Sequence record: OU343168.1
DNA length: 64,000 nt
Strand: one strand, 5' to 3'
Made by a program: the position numbers and the translations under genes
Notes under the pieces: model-generated
Databases searched by the model: none
The model's input: the letters and a program-made list of their open reading frames with translations, nothing else
Told to the model about the DNA's origin: nothing
Shown: positions 20,502 through 29,971 of the stretch, piece after piece
How the letters are laid out: the number at the start of each line of letters is the position of its first letter
Position numbering within the stretch: position 1 is the first letter of the stretch

Positions 20502-21841
20502 GTATGGAATTACCACGTCCATTAGCTAACTTAATCGCCTTAGCAAACTCGGTGAATACGCAACGGTCGGATAAGAAGATCCGACTGTTTGCAACGATCA
20601 TTACCCCGGTGGAACAGATTGAACTGATTATCCCCACGGGGATGGCTCGGTTGTCGATGTATTCAGCGAACTGTTCCGATGACTGGCGTATTCAGGGCAA
20701 CTTGCAACCCGGGGTTTACCTGAACCGAATCCTGCCCTATAAGGACAATCTCTTTATTGAAGTGGTTGAACGTCAAGGTCTTCATCAAACCATGAGTCGG
20801 TTCCGGTGTATCCCCTTGAGTGACTCGAACCCTGAGATGGCCGGTAACAGTGTCCATTTGGCTCACCTTGAAGGTAAGGACAGTATTAACCTGATAACGG
20901 TTAAGTTCCAGATGATTGAACTGGGGTACGCTTTGCTGAAGAATGAGATGGTGTCTGACAAGCACTTAATGACCACCTTGGACGATGCACTCCACTACCA
21001 ACTCACCAAATACGGTAAGCAACTTCAGTTGACGGGTAAGGATGCCTTTAGAGGGGTGGACATTGAGCGTCCTATCGATAACCCTCGGGTCTTTAAGTTG
21101 ATTGATATACCGTCTGCGGTGCCTTTACCCCAGTTAGGGATGTGGATGCAGACCCATGAGGAGTTTGGGATCTATACCAAAGGCTTTGGGATGTATTACC
21201 AGAAAGGCCTTTGGATGATTTACCCGCTCTTCAAGATCGGTCGGTATGAGAACGGTAAACGGGTACTGAGTATTTATCGACTACCCCCTGATGCAGTCCC
21301 TACCCTCCACGCCACGTACTTCACCCAAGACCGGGTCACAACGATCCTGGCAACCGGTACAGGACGCCATGTGGATGGGGCTGACATTGATCGTCAGAAT
21401 GAGGGTACGGGTAAACGGTTGATCAGTTCGGATGCGGTCATGGGTGAAGTGGGTAACTACTACGCTAAGGGTCAGTCAGCATCAACCCGTCCTGATTCCC
21501 TCTCCGAATACCAAACCGCTAAGCGGAGCAGTGGGGAGGAGATTATACCCTTTGAACCGACTCCTACCAATAACCTCTGTAAGCACTTATCCGTGAATGC
21601 TTACAATGATGGGACATTGGAAACGATTCAGTGGAATAACTCGAACAGGGACTTACTAGAACCGGGTATGCCTGTACGGTTCTTCTTTATGAGTGGGGAT
21701 GATCGCTTGAAGTACAAGGAGGGTACTCTGATTGGTGCTCGTACTGAACTCATGAAGGATACTGAAAGTCCAGATATTATCTTTAGGGAACATTCTGCTT
21801 TAACCCTCTTCTTGAATGATAAGGTGTTTGATGCTCCTTAG
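20498..21841 (+). CDS. virion structural protein (phiKZ gp101-like, possible baseplate hub), 447 aa
   Basis: GTGA coupling; beta-rich; last gene of the structural run. Confidence 0.5.
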   Translation: MSMELPRPLANLIALANSVNTQRSDKKIRLFATIITPVEQIELIIPTGMARLSMYSANCSDDWRIQGNLQPGVYLNRILPYKDNLFIEVVERQGLHQTMSRFRCIPLSDSNPEMAGNSVHLAHLEGKDSINLITVKFQMIELGYALLKNEMVSDKHLMTTLDDALHYQLTKYGKQLQLTGKDAFRGVDIERPIDNPRVFKLIDIPSAVPLPQLGMWMQTHEEFGIYTKGFGMYYQKGLWMIYPLFKIGRYENGKRVLSIYRLPPDAVPTLHATYFTQDRVTTILATGTGRHVDGADIDRQNEGTGKRLISSDAVMGEVGNYYAKGQSASTRPDSLSEYQTAKRSSGEEIIPFEPTPTNNLCKHLSVNAYNDGTLETIQWNNSNRDLLEPGMPVRFFFMSGDDRLKYKEGTLIGARTELMKDTESPDIIFREHSALTLFLNDKVFDAP

Positions 21842-22190
21842 GTAATTTATCACTTAATGTATTTATTGTATTGTAAACTGGCTGACAAGCGGGTGGGGAA
21901 AGGGGTTTATTTCCTAATAAAGAGTGGAGTAGTTACGGAGTAACTACGACTTCCTTGTTCTATCTTTTGATCTTTCTCTATTCTCTTTAGATCTTTCTTT
22001 TGATTTATACGGAATACAGAGAGGGAAGAGAGGGAATACCCCTTATACCCCCGAAAAAAAGGGGGGATGAGGAATAAGGAGAGAGAACCGTAGGTTAATC
22101 AGTATTCCAACACGTTCTGATTAATACATTCAGCAAGCAGAGCTGAGAAGATTGCTCTGCCATTACCGATTCACTACCGGAGTAACTACC

Positions 22191-22436
22191 ATGACTGGGG
22201 ATTTCGACCATCTCAGTAACCGTCAACTGGCAGACTTACTGGCGGGTTACCATTTGTACGGCACTAAGCGGACGAGCGAGATACCCGGGCCTGTAATGCT
22301 CAAACTCATCCGAAAACGCCTCCGGGCAACTGAACCTCTACCTGATATCATTCCCTGTCTCGACGACGGCAAAGACGAACGTGTGCTCGGTCTGCTTGGT
22401 GAACGCATCACGGTTAAAGGAAAAGAAAAACAATGA
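22191..22436 (+). CDS. hypothetical protein, about 81 aa
   Basis: ATG 22191 after a GGAG RBS. Confidence 0.6.
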   Translation: MTGDFDHLSNRQLADLLAGYHLYGTKRTSEIPGPVMLKLIRKRLRATEPLPDIIPCLDDGKDERVLGLLGERITVKGKEKQ

Positions 22437-22873
22437 CACATCGTGGGGTTAATGAAATTAAGAATACATTTGATCTCTTACACGTGAGTGTAGAGGATCA
22501 AACGAATGCGGGGATATTAATACGGTTATTGGAAAGGGAGGCGAAGATTACCTTTGCTAAGGCGGATACGTTGTTTGTGATGCTGGTAAGGCGTCTAGCA
22601 GCGCTTAGGCGAGGCGATCAGGTAGAAAGGAGTACGGTAGAGGCGGGTAAGGGCAATCGGCTCTATTGGAAGCTTACAGAAGCGTACAGAGTACTTCAAG
22701 ATAAACCCCCTACTGATCCTCCGTTGTGTAAAGTCCCTGACGGGTTGGAAGATGTCTTCTTAGCCTTTACGAAGACAGAACCGTTGTATCAAGAAGGCCC
22801 CGGGTATTACGGGGCGGTGTATGCAGGTGACCGCTTACTGACCGCACCCCCGCCTGTAGACTTTGAGTCATGA
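22433..22873 (+). CDS. hypothetical protein, 146 aa
   Basis: ATGA coupling after AAAGGA. Confidence 0.65.
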   Translation: MTHRGVNEIKNTFDLLHVSVEDQTNAGILIRLLEREAKITFAKADTLFVMLVRRLAALRRGDQVERSTVEAGKGNRLYWKLTEAYRVLQDKPPTDPPLCKVPDGLEDVFLAFTKTEPLYQEGPGYYGAVYAGDRLLTAPPPVDFES

Positions 22874-22923
22874 AAACAGTAAATGTTTACGGGTATACCC
22901 ACTCACTACCCCCTTACTGACCT

Positions 22924-22950
22924 CCCTACCTAAGCCGAGCTTAGGTAGGG
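22924..22950. terminator. 12-bp hairpin
   Basis: ccctacctaagc-cga-gcttaggtaggg. Confidence 0.7.
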
Positions 22951-22984
22951 GGTGTTATACCGCATTTAAGCTAAAGGGGAAATC

Positions 22985-22997
22985 AAACCTATATTAC
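22985..22997 (+). promoter_or_regulatory. putative early (virion RNAP) promoter AAACCTATATTAC
   Basis: Contains TATATTAC, the reported phiKZ early-promoter core; variants at 28733 and 41424. Confidence 0.6.
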
Positions 22998-23001
22998 CGG
23001 C

Positions 23002-23748
23002 GTGATTATACCCAATGGATCATTTAGGAGATTCGGTTTATGCATTACCAAGTGGTGTTTGAACAAGACCTATTGGGTAAAACCCATACACATGACACCG
23101 GTCTGTTCATTAACGGTGAATCCAAACGGTTTTTTTACCACGTTGTTGGATCATAACGAATCGGTGTTGTATGACGTGTACGACGGACACCTGGTGATTA
23201 TCCGTGAAACCAGCGAGGGGGAAGTGGAGGAATACCTAAGCGATCGGTCGTATGATTACCAGACGTTACCGTTGTTGGTGGTGATTGCGTGCTATAAGCA
23301 CGGTAAGCGGGTGGTGAAGATGGGACGGAGTACCCATACCCTGATGTTCCACGACAACAAGGACGGGCGGTTTGAAGCCGTATTAGAAGCCGGTAAAGTT
23401 ACCCTCCACGAGAAAGAGGGGTTGGTCTTTACCCAAGACGGGGATTATTACCTGTCTCTACCGGAAGAACACGTGGCGAATATCATGCTGGAACGGTTGA
23501 ATCACAGCTTGAAGTTCTTTGACGAGAAATACAAGGTTCGGTTTAAAATAGGACGGAACTATGCGTATTTCCCGTTAACGGAAGTCTTTGCAGACCCTGA
23601 GGTTCGGAATATACGACTGCGGTTGGATAACCTAACGATTACTCAACAGAGCTGGGATAGTCTCCGGGAGCAGCTCATGGGACTGTTGGAAGACTACACA
23701 CAACCTACTCGAACTGTTCGCATGGATCTACCTATTAAGGGGGACTAA
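23002..23748 (+). CDS. hypothetical protein (start uncertain, possibly ATG 23092)
   Basis: ORF track; coupled to the next gene by TAATG. Confidence 0.65.
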   Translation: MIIPNGSFRRFGLCITKWCLNKTYWVKPIHMTPVCSLTVNPNGFFTTLLDHNESVLYDVYDGHLVIIRETSEGEVEEYLSDRSYDYQTLPLLVVIACYKHGKRVVKMGRSTHTLMFHDNKDGRFEAVLEAGKVTLHEKEGLVFTQDGDYYLSLPEEHVANIMLERLNHSLKFFDEKYKVRFKIGRNYAYFPLTEVFADPEVRNIRLRLDNLTITQQSWDSLREQLMGLLEDYTQPTRTVRMDLPIKGD

Positions 23749-24107
23749 TGGCGTATCAGGAATATGGATCTACGTTCGTTCATGACGGTAAAGTCTACCA
23801 CCTCAACGACTTCCTCCGTCGAAGTGAAACACTCCCCATTCAAACGGTTCCCTTAACGGACTTTGAATGGCTCCTGGCGTATGCCGTTGAAGAGGATAAG
23901 GACAGGATTAAGCGAGCGGACTATTCCTTTCCGTTGTTGATTACGGAATGGGAAGGGGAGCGGGTGATCATTGATGGCTGGCACCGGTTCCTTAAAGCCC
24001 ATTGGGAAGAACAACCCACCTTGAACGTTAAGGTCATTCCAACCGACTGGTTTAAAGGTAAAGGAAGGCTCTTTAAAGTAAAGGGTTACCGTAATCGCGT
24101 TATGTAA
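23748..24107 (+). CDS. stand-alone ParB/Sulfiredoxin N-terminal-domain protein, 119 aa
   Basis: FPLLI...IIDGWHRFLKA matches the ParB/Srx P-hydrophobic...DGxHR signature. Confidence 0.65.
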   Translation: MAYQEYGSTFVHDGKVYHLNDFLRRSETLPIQTVPLTDFEWLLAYAVEEDKDRIKRADYSFPLLITEWEGERVIIDGWHRFLKAHWEEQPTLNVKVIPTDWFKGKGRLFKVKGYRNRVM

Positions 24108-24116
24108 CGTGACATA

Positions 24117-24152
24117 CCCCTACCCCCTAGCTCTCAGGCTAGGGGGTAGGGG
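24117..24152. terminator. 15-bp hairpin between convergent genes
   Basis: cccctaccccctagc-tctcag-gctagggggtagggg. Confidence 0.75.
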
Positions 24153-24173
24153 GGTCTATTATTCATTTTGTCT

Positions 24174-25706
24174 TTACATGGCGTCCCAATCTTTCACGAC
24201 ATCACCATTCTCATTAAAGCGTTGTTGCAAAGACCGTCTAAAGGCGGGTTTACCATTAATGTCATGTACAAGCCCTAACACGGGATCAAGATCATAGATA
24301 AAGAACCGCTTCTCAGGTGAACACCCTTCACCCCGTTGTTTACCAATGGAACAGGTAAAGTAATTCTTCATGGACGTCTTCGCCACATGAATGGTAATGA
24401 CACCATCCACTTCGTTGGTAATCTTCGTAGACGTTTCTGTCATTGACTTACCAGAGACTTCCCGAGCGAAGTAGACCTCAGACTCATCATCCAGTTCTTT
24501 TAGTAGTTTCTTAGCTTCAGGACTCAACTGGTGAGGTGTTAAGAAACAAATACCCCGAGCAATCATAAATGACCGGACGGTGCGGAACAGTAATTGAAGT
24601 TTATCGGACTTATTCTCACCAGGGAGTTTATCGAAATTCTGCAACGCCAAGTAATCATACCCGTACAGGATGATCTCATGACCTTTGAGTTCCAATTGCC
24701 GTACACGAGCGAACATCTTGTCCCGGTTGTCTTTATGGGCTTCAATCTGGTTGATCACCAGGTACCACCCATTCTTCCGGAAGCAATCCGCAATAGCGGT
24801 TACAATGTCTACGCTTTCAGTCACCTGAAAGTCCCGGTCTTCTTTGTACTTGGTGGTTACCGCCAGCTTGTAGATCCGACGAATCACCAGCTCCATGGCA
24901 TCCTCAGCCGATTCATACAGGATCGTTGGAATCTTAGCCTTATTCCGCAGCATGGGTTTGTTGTACATCCCTGCTGAGGCAATCAGGTGAGCCATACCGA
25001 AAGACTTACCTCGGTTCGTCATGGCTTCTAGGAGGTACATCTTACTTCGACGTAGTCCTCCATCAGGTTCCAATCCTTGATTGAGACCTTGAATACCGGT
25101 TTTAATGATCCCTTCTACACTGTTCTCCGTCTTCGCCATCTCGATGATATCGAGCATACTTTCCGGCGTGCCTGTATTGACGGAACTCACCACTTCAGAT
25201 TGACGTTCCCCATACGCGTTATTCACACGCTCTTGGATCAAATCAATCAGTTTAGCAAAGTCTTCGGGTTTGGTATCAACGAGGTCCTTGTACAGAACTT
25301 CTTTCATAGCCTTCTTGAACTGCTTCTCGAAGACCTCATCTTCCATACTGGAACGAATCTCCGTAATCTGTTTATACACCAGACGACGAGACAGTTCCTC
25401 TGTTTCCAGGTCTTCCAACCCGACATTCACCGCATCCCTGAGACTGTCATCATTCTTACAGAAGATCGCTACCCGCTGCATCAGCAACGATTTTATAAGT
25501 GGATCGTCATTGGACTGGTCCAGCAGCCAGCTGATTGAAGACCGGATGCTGTCCCTGACACGTCGGTCTTGTGACATCACATCGGGATTTGGGGCTGGGA
25601 GTTCTTCCAGTAAGTCTGTCAGTTCTTCGATCAGGTTCGTGTCTTTTAGTTTTTTGGCCTGATATATTGCTGATAACAGTTTTACTAACACCAGCAAATC
25701 GTTCAT
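24174..25706 (-). CDS. dnaB: DnaB-like replicative helicase (phiKZ gp118-like)
   Basis: Walker A EAMTNRGKS, ESAED, Walker B YDYL, TPHQLS and KQRG (DnaB K-x-R); directly upstream of and divergent from the capsid module. ATG 25706 preferred. Confidence 0.85.
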   Translation of the reverse strand: MNDLLVLVKLLSAIYQAKKLKDTNLIEELTDLLEELPAPNPDVMSQDRRVRDSIRSSISWLLDQSNDDPLIKSLLMQRVAIFCKNDDSLRDAVNVGLEDLETEELSRRLVYKQITEIRSSMEDEVFEKQFKKAMKEVLYKDLVDTKPEDFAKLIDLIQERVNNAYGERQSEVVSSVNTGTPESMLDIIEMAKTENSVEGIIKTGIQGLNQGLEPDGGLRRSKMYLLEAMTNRGKSFGMAHLIASAGMYNKPMLRNKAKIPTILYESAEDAMELVIRRIYKLAVTTKYKEDRDFQVTESVDIVTAIADCFRKNGWYLVINQIEAHKDNRDKMFARVRQLELKGHEIILYGYDYLALQNFDKLPGENKSDKLQLLFRTVRSFMIARGICFLTPHQLSPEAKKLLKELDDESEVYFAREVSGKSMTETSTKITNEVDGVITIHVAKTSMKNYFTCSIGKQRGEGCSPEKRFFIYDLDPVLGLVHDINGKPAFRRSLQQRFNENGDVVKDWDAM

Positions 25707-25731
25707 GCTAACCCCTGAGAGTGTAAAGTAG

Positions 25732-26277
25732 ATGATTTTTAAATACCCTAACGGTTTACCGTTCGAGTTGTATGTGGTAACCGGGGAGTTGGTTGACACC
25801 CTGGTGGCTCAATCCATCCCGCTCAGTGGATTGAAAGAAATTTCTGCATACCATGACAAGATCACCTTTGGTGAAATGGCTAACTTTGTAGCTTTGCAGT
25901 ATGCGGCGGCCAAAGTCTTTGGTGTAGAAATGCCTGACCCTACGGCGTACTTTGGTCATGGGTATAACGCGGGGATGGTAGCCGAAGCATTTAATGGGGT
26001 GGACAGTGATGCAATAGCCACCCTCCTTCGTACCGCCAATCATTTCCGATCGACGGTTAATGGTCAAGTGATTCTCATTGGAGTCGAGGTAGGGGACCAT
26101 AAAGCCACCGCTAGCTGGGAGAAACTTCAAGCCAAAACAATCTCAACCGCCGTATTGGAAACACTTTATGCAAGGGTCGGTTATTTGGAAAGTCATTTCG
26201 GTCCCGTACCGAAAGCAGGTTTAGGGGAATTGACTCTGGCTGAAGTGTTCAAGCTGATCCACCTTCAAAACCCCTGA
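25732..26277 (+). CDS. conserved protein preceding the major capsid gene (phiKZ gp119-like), 181 aa
   Basis: Synteny DnaB(-)/this gene(+)/capsid(+). Confidence 0.6.
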   Translation: MIFKYPNGLPFELYVVTGELVDTLVAQSIPLSGLKEISAYHDKITFGEMANFVALQYAAAKVFGVEMPDPTAYFGHGYNAGMVAEAFNGVDSDAIATLLRTANHFRSTVNGQVILIGVEVGDHKATASWEKLQAKTISTAVLETLYARVGYLESHFGPVPKAGLGELTLAEVFKLIHLQNP

Positions 26278-26291
26278 TTAAAAGGCTGCAT

Positions 26292-26301
26292 GCATTTTAT
26301 G
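26292..26301 (+). promoter_or_regulatory. putative late promoter (GCATTTTATG, TATG core)
   Basis: TATG is the phiKZ late-promoter core; an identical 10-mer lies on the minus strand at 55802-55811. Confidence 0.45.
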
Positions 26302-26359
26302 TGCAGTTCTATTGCGCAACAAACATGTTTGTTACTCATCTCGAACAGGATTTATATCC

Positions 26360-28585
26360 ATGGCAAAGCAACTACGAACCTCCATTAATGGAGACAACAA
26401 TCTTTTCAGCGATGTCTGCAAGTCCCTGGTAGCCGGTAGTCTTTCCAACATCACCGGTAACGAGAGCTTCGCAGACTTCCGTAGCACTCTTCAGAGCGCG
26501 GGCGGTCAGGAAGGTTTTCTGGTCAACCGTCTGATTGGTCGTTCGCTCCCGAACGTCAGTGGTAACGAGAGCGCTGACCTGCACACGGGCTTCAACTCGG
26601 CTACTTACGACATCGTCCAAGGTATCCTGGAACGCAAGAGCCGTGACCTGATCCCCATGGACTGCGTTCGTATCTTCCAAGAAGCCGGTGATAACTTCGC
26701 CAAGGTGGAAGGTGCTGAAGGCTTCTCGATGCAGAACTTCGAGGGTCGTGAGCAAGAGATCCGTGCCGCCAACCTGACCCTGAACGCCCAGAGCCACCTT
26801 CAAACCGAAGGCGCTGAAGCCCTGTTCGCCACCGTCGGTGTGCGTTATCAAGACGAAGGCGCTGAGCTGATCGTTCGTGCAGCAGGTCTGGGTACCTACG
26901 CGTACGGCAACACCCCGTGGCAATCGGCTTCTGAACTGCGTCCGATCTTCGGCCTGCTCCGCAGTGGCGATATGTTCAAAGACGAAGCCCTGGCCGTCTA
27001 TCCGGTGTACCCGGACGATAACGCGAGCGAAGACCGTGCCTTCTTCGTGGCTGAGAGCGTCATCGCCCCGCGTCCTGTGAAATACGCGCAAGGTGATGCC
27101 TACGGTCGTGGCGAGCACGAAACCCAAATGCTGGCGGTTCCGGTATCGATTCCGAACCTGCTCGCCCTGACCCAAGCTCCGGGCCAACGTCCGTGGAATT
27201 CCACCGACGAACTCGAATCCAACTCCATCTCCGTGTCTCTCATCGCCGCAAGCGGTAAGCTGGACGGTACTGATATTTCGTTCTTCATCAAAACCGGTGC
27301 GATGTCGAACAACACCTTCGCACCAGCCAACAACGCCCAGACGAGCGATGAGCGCCAACTGAACCTGCAAGTCAAGCAACTGCCGGGCTTCTCGGTGAGC
27401 GACAAAGACGGCAAAGTGGTGGGTGAAACCATTTTCGCCAGCTTCAAGTCCGCAGGTTACGAACCGCTGCTGGCCTTCCGCCTGACTGGTAGCTACCAAC
27501 GCCAGACCAACGAGTTCAACCTGCAACCGGGTACTGTGACCATCACCGCTGTTCGCAACATCACTACCGGTGTGGTCACCAAGATCGGCTTCGCTGACAG
27601 CACGGTTAAAGCCCTGATGCGCTCCTTCACCGAAGGTAAACTGATCGGTGCTATTACCACCCAGAACGTATCGAACACCAACCGCGGTAACTTCGGTTAT
27701 CGGATTGAAGTGTACGATGCCAAGAAACACCTGTCGGTGAAACGTCGTTCCCCGATCTCGGTGAAATACCCGATCTCGGCTGATGACGTCAACCAGGCCA
27801 GCCTGGACTTCGCACTGAGCCAGATGTCGGTGGTGATTAACAACCAATGCTCCGCTCACGCTTTCCAAGCGGCTGAGCAGCACCTCGAGTACGTCACCTC
27901 GATTACCGGTCAACCGGTGGTGGCCAACGACCAAGGTTCGGAAGTGCTCGCGGGTCAGCACTTTGTAAGTCCGATCGCCATCAACCGTAGCTTCAAGCTG
28001 GTTGATGTGATCTCGGCTAACAGTTCTTCGGATGTGTTCGTGTCGGTGGCATCCGCCATTACCAACGAGATCGCTGATATCGTTGCGGCCCTGAACACCA
28101 AGTCCGGCTTGGCATCCATTGCGGAATACAGCACTGGTAATACCAAGAACGCCTGGACGGTGGTCGTCCATCAGAACTTGAGCCGTTTCATCTTCCGTTC
28201 TGGTGATGCACGGACCATTGGTCCGATCAACAACCTGAAAGTGGTTGAAACCAACTTCGACAGCATGATCGGTAAGATGTACATCGTTCCGACCAACGAT
28301 TCCAACAACGAAACCATTAACCCGCTGGCGGGTATTGGTGTTCTGGTATCGAAGGAGAACGTCGTCGTACAGGGTAACATCACGCGTGACAACAGCGACT
28401 TCGGTGTCGTGATGACCCTGCCGAGCTACAAACACTGGCCGCTCAACGTGGTCATTGGTTCTCTGGTCATCGAAGATGCTGAAGACCTGCTGAGCGACAA
28501 AGGTCTCATCAACCAACTGGCCGTCAAACGTGTCAAGGTTGAGAACATCAAGGATGCGAAACCCGACCCAAACGCCGGTCCGTGA
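26360..28585 (+). CDS. major capsid protein (phiKZ gp120-like), about 741 aa
   Basis: ATG 26360 after CAGGA; several S/A/G-x-E sites (GNES, GQEG, GAEGFSM) in the N-terminal propeptide; strongest codon bias in the window; synteny; downstream hairpin. Confidence 0.85.
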   Translation: MAKQLRTSINGDNNLFSDVCKSLVAGSLSNITGNESFADFRSTLQSAGGQEGFLVNRLIGRSLPNVSGNESADLHTGFNSATYDIVQGILERKSRDLIPMDCVRIFQEAGDNFAKVEGAEGFSMQNFEGREQEIRAANLTLNAQSHLQTEGAEALFATVGVRYQDEGAELIVRAAGLGTYAYGNTPWQSASELRPIFGLLRSGDMFKDEALAVYPVYPDDNASEDRAFFVAESVIAPRPVKYAQGDAYGRGEHETQMLAVPVSIPNLLALTQAPGQRPWNSTDELESNSISVSLIAASGKLDGTDISFFIKTGAMSNNTFAPANNAQTSDERQLNLQVKQLPGFSVSDKDGKVVGETIFASFKSAGYEPLLAFRLTGSYQRQTNEFNLQPGTVTITAVRNITTGVVTKIGFADSTVKALMRSFTEGKLIGAITTQNVSNTNRGNFGYRIEVYDAKKHLSVKRRSPISVKYPISADDVNQASLDFALSQMSVVINNQCSAHAFQAAEQHLEYVTSITGQPVVANDQGSEVLAGQHFVSPIAINRSFKLVDVISANSSSDVFVSVASAITNEIADIVAALNTKSGLASIAEYSTGNTKNAWTVVVHQNLSRFIFRSGDARTIGPINNLKVVETNFDSMIGKMYIVPTNDSNNETINPLAGIGVLVSKENVVVQGNITRDNSDFGVVMTLPSYKHWPLNVVIGSLVIEDAEDLLSDKGLINQLAVKRVKVENIKDAKPDPNAGP

Positions 28586-28660
28586 GTCCTGCGAATTACG
28601 GGCGGCTTGAGTATCCCGAGTTGCCCTAGTAGGTACCTCACGGAAATTGCGTGTACCATT

Positions 28661-28698
28661 AGCCCTACCCACTCCCCTAACCGGGAGTGGGTAGGGCT
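28661..28698. terminator. 16-bp hairpin after the capsid gene
   Basis: agccctacccactccc-ctaacc-gggagtgggtagggct. Confidence 0.75.
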
Positions 28699-28732
28699 AT
28701 ATTTGCAGTTATACCGTTTATTGGAATATTTT

Positions 28733-28745
28733 AAACCTACATTAT
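28733..28745 (+). promoter_or_regulatory. putative early promoter AAACCTACATTAT
   Basis: Variant of the 22985 motif, lying upstream of the nvRNAP subunit operon. Confidence 0.55.
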
Positions 28746-28817
28746 CCTTGGGTACAAGACAATAGGTTATCTGACCGCGCACCAGATGATCTTGACACTA
28801 ACTTGAGGATCCTCACC

Positions 28818-29954
28818 ATGAATGATGTTTCACCCTACCGGCATTTCCGGCTGACTTATGATATCACTAATATGAGCAGCAAACAGATTATCGTCAAGGC
28901 GAAAGGAGGGCTGAGTTACCTTATTCGCAAACCGCTAGAGGCTTCGTGGTATCCCGGGGCTGTAATCGATATCAAATTCGATCGTCTGTATGTCGGTGAT
29001 TTCAGTTTTGATAAGTCAGCGGCGCGGAGTAAATTCGACCGTCTGCTGATTGATAAGATCCAAGCTCACCTGAGCTTTGTGTCGAGTAAAGAGTCGCACG
29101 TGGACATTCGGCAGTATCATGACTTCGGCGTCACGATCAAACTGAACAGGGATGTGGTTGAAGACCTGGAAGGTGAACCGATCCACAGTGATATCCTCGG
29201 TATCACGTTGTATAACCGGGAAGAGAATACCAGCGATCTTTATCCCCTGAATACGCCAGACTACACCCTCAATGACCTGATGAAGTGGGGAATCGGTGAG
29301 AGTGATGAGCCGGGAGGTCTTCATTACTACGTGTATCTGAACGATCCCCTGAGTGTTCAAAACCCGTTGTACACCAATGTCATGGGTAAAGCGGTAATGG
29401 TCCCTACGGTCAGGGAGATGAATAAGGATCATGGGTTGTATGTGGGATTGGCCTACGGTAATTCACCACCGAAGAAACTATTCTACACCTTTGACCATCT
29501 CTGCGATGAAACCCTGGGTTTCCTGGGTATCTTTAAGACCAAAGCGGAATGCGAAATGGGGGGTAATACAGAACGGGCAATGACTGCCGAGAAGAAAGTG
29601 GTTGAACTGAATAAACAACTGAGTTCAGCCAATAACGAGATTTCCAAACTGAAGGACTTGGTAGACGAGAATGTCCGTAAGAGTGTTGAGTTGGGCATCG
29701 AGCTGACCCACCTCAAAAGTGCTCATCGGTTGGAACTCATGCAAGCGAGAAATGAACGTCAACTGGAGGTGAATCGGCTGCAAATCAACAATGATGCGAC
29801 CAAAGTACGGAGTGAAATGGACAAGACCTTGAGTAAGGCGAATCTGGAGTTCACCCGCCAGCGGGCCAGCGCTAACAACTGGGGAGAAGTGGCTAAGGCG
29901 GTTGGGGCGATTGCAACCGTGTTTGCTGCGGGGTATAAACTATGTACTTCCTGA
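28818..29954 (+). CDS. conserved hypothetical protein (phiKZ gp122-like position) with C-terminal coiled coil and hydrophobic tail
   Basis: ATG 28818 after GAGGA; heptad-rich C-terminal third; ends WGEVAKAVGAIATVFAAGYKLCTS. Confidence 0.6.
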   Translation: MNDVSPYRHFRLTYDITNMSSKQIIVKAKGGLSYLIRKPLEASWYPGAVIDIKFDRLYVGDFSFDKSAARSKFDRLLIDKIQAHLSFVSSKESHVDIRQYHDFGVTIKLNRDVVEDLEGEPIHSDILGITLYNREENTSDLYPLNTPDYTLNDLMKWGIGESDEPGGLHYYVYLNDPLSVQNPLYTNVMGKAVMVPTVREMNKDHGLYVGLAYGNSPPKKLFYTFDHLCDETLGFLGIFKTKAECEMGGNTERAMTAEKKVVELNKQLSSANNEISKLKDLVDENVRKSVELGIELTHLKSAHRLELMQARNERQLEVNRLQINNDATKVRSEMDKTLSKANLEFTRQRASANNWGEVAKAVGAIATVFAAGYKLCTS

Positions 29955-29971
29955 TATGGTAGGTAGGTAGG

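Noticed and set aside
22870-23028. 52-codon ORF starting at the ATGA overlap after the 146-aa gene
   Set aside because: It runs through a terminator hairpin and promoter motif; low-complexity product; likely incidental.
26372-28672. 766-aa ORF antisense to the major capsid gene
   Set aside because: It mirrors the capsid gene codon for codon. Strong C-ending bias removes antisense stops; there is no RBS, and the composition is not protein-like. Shadow ORF.
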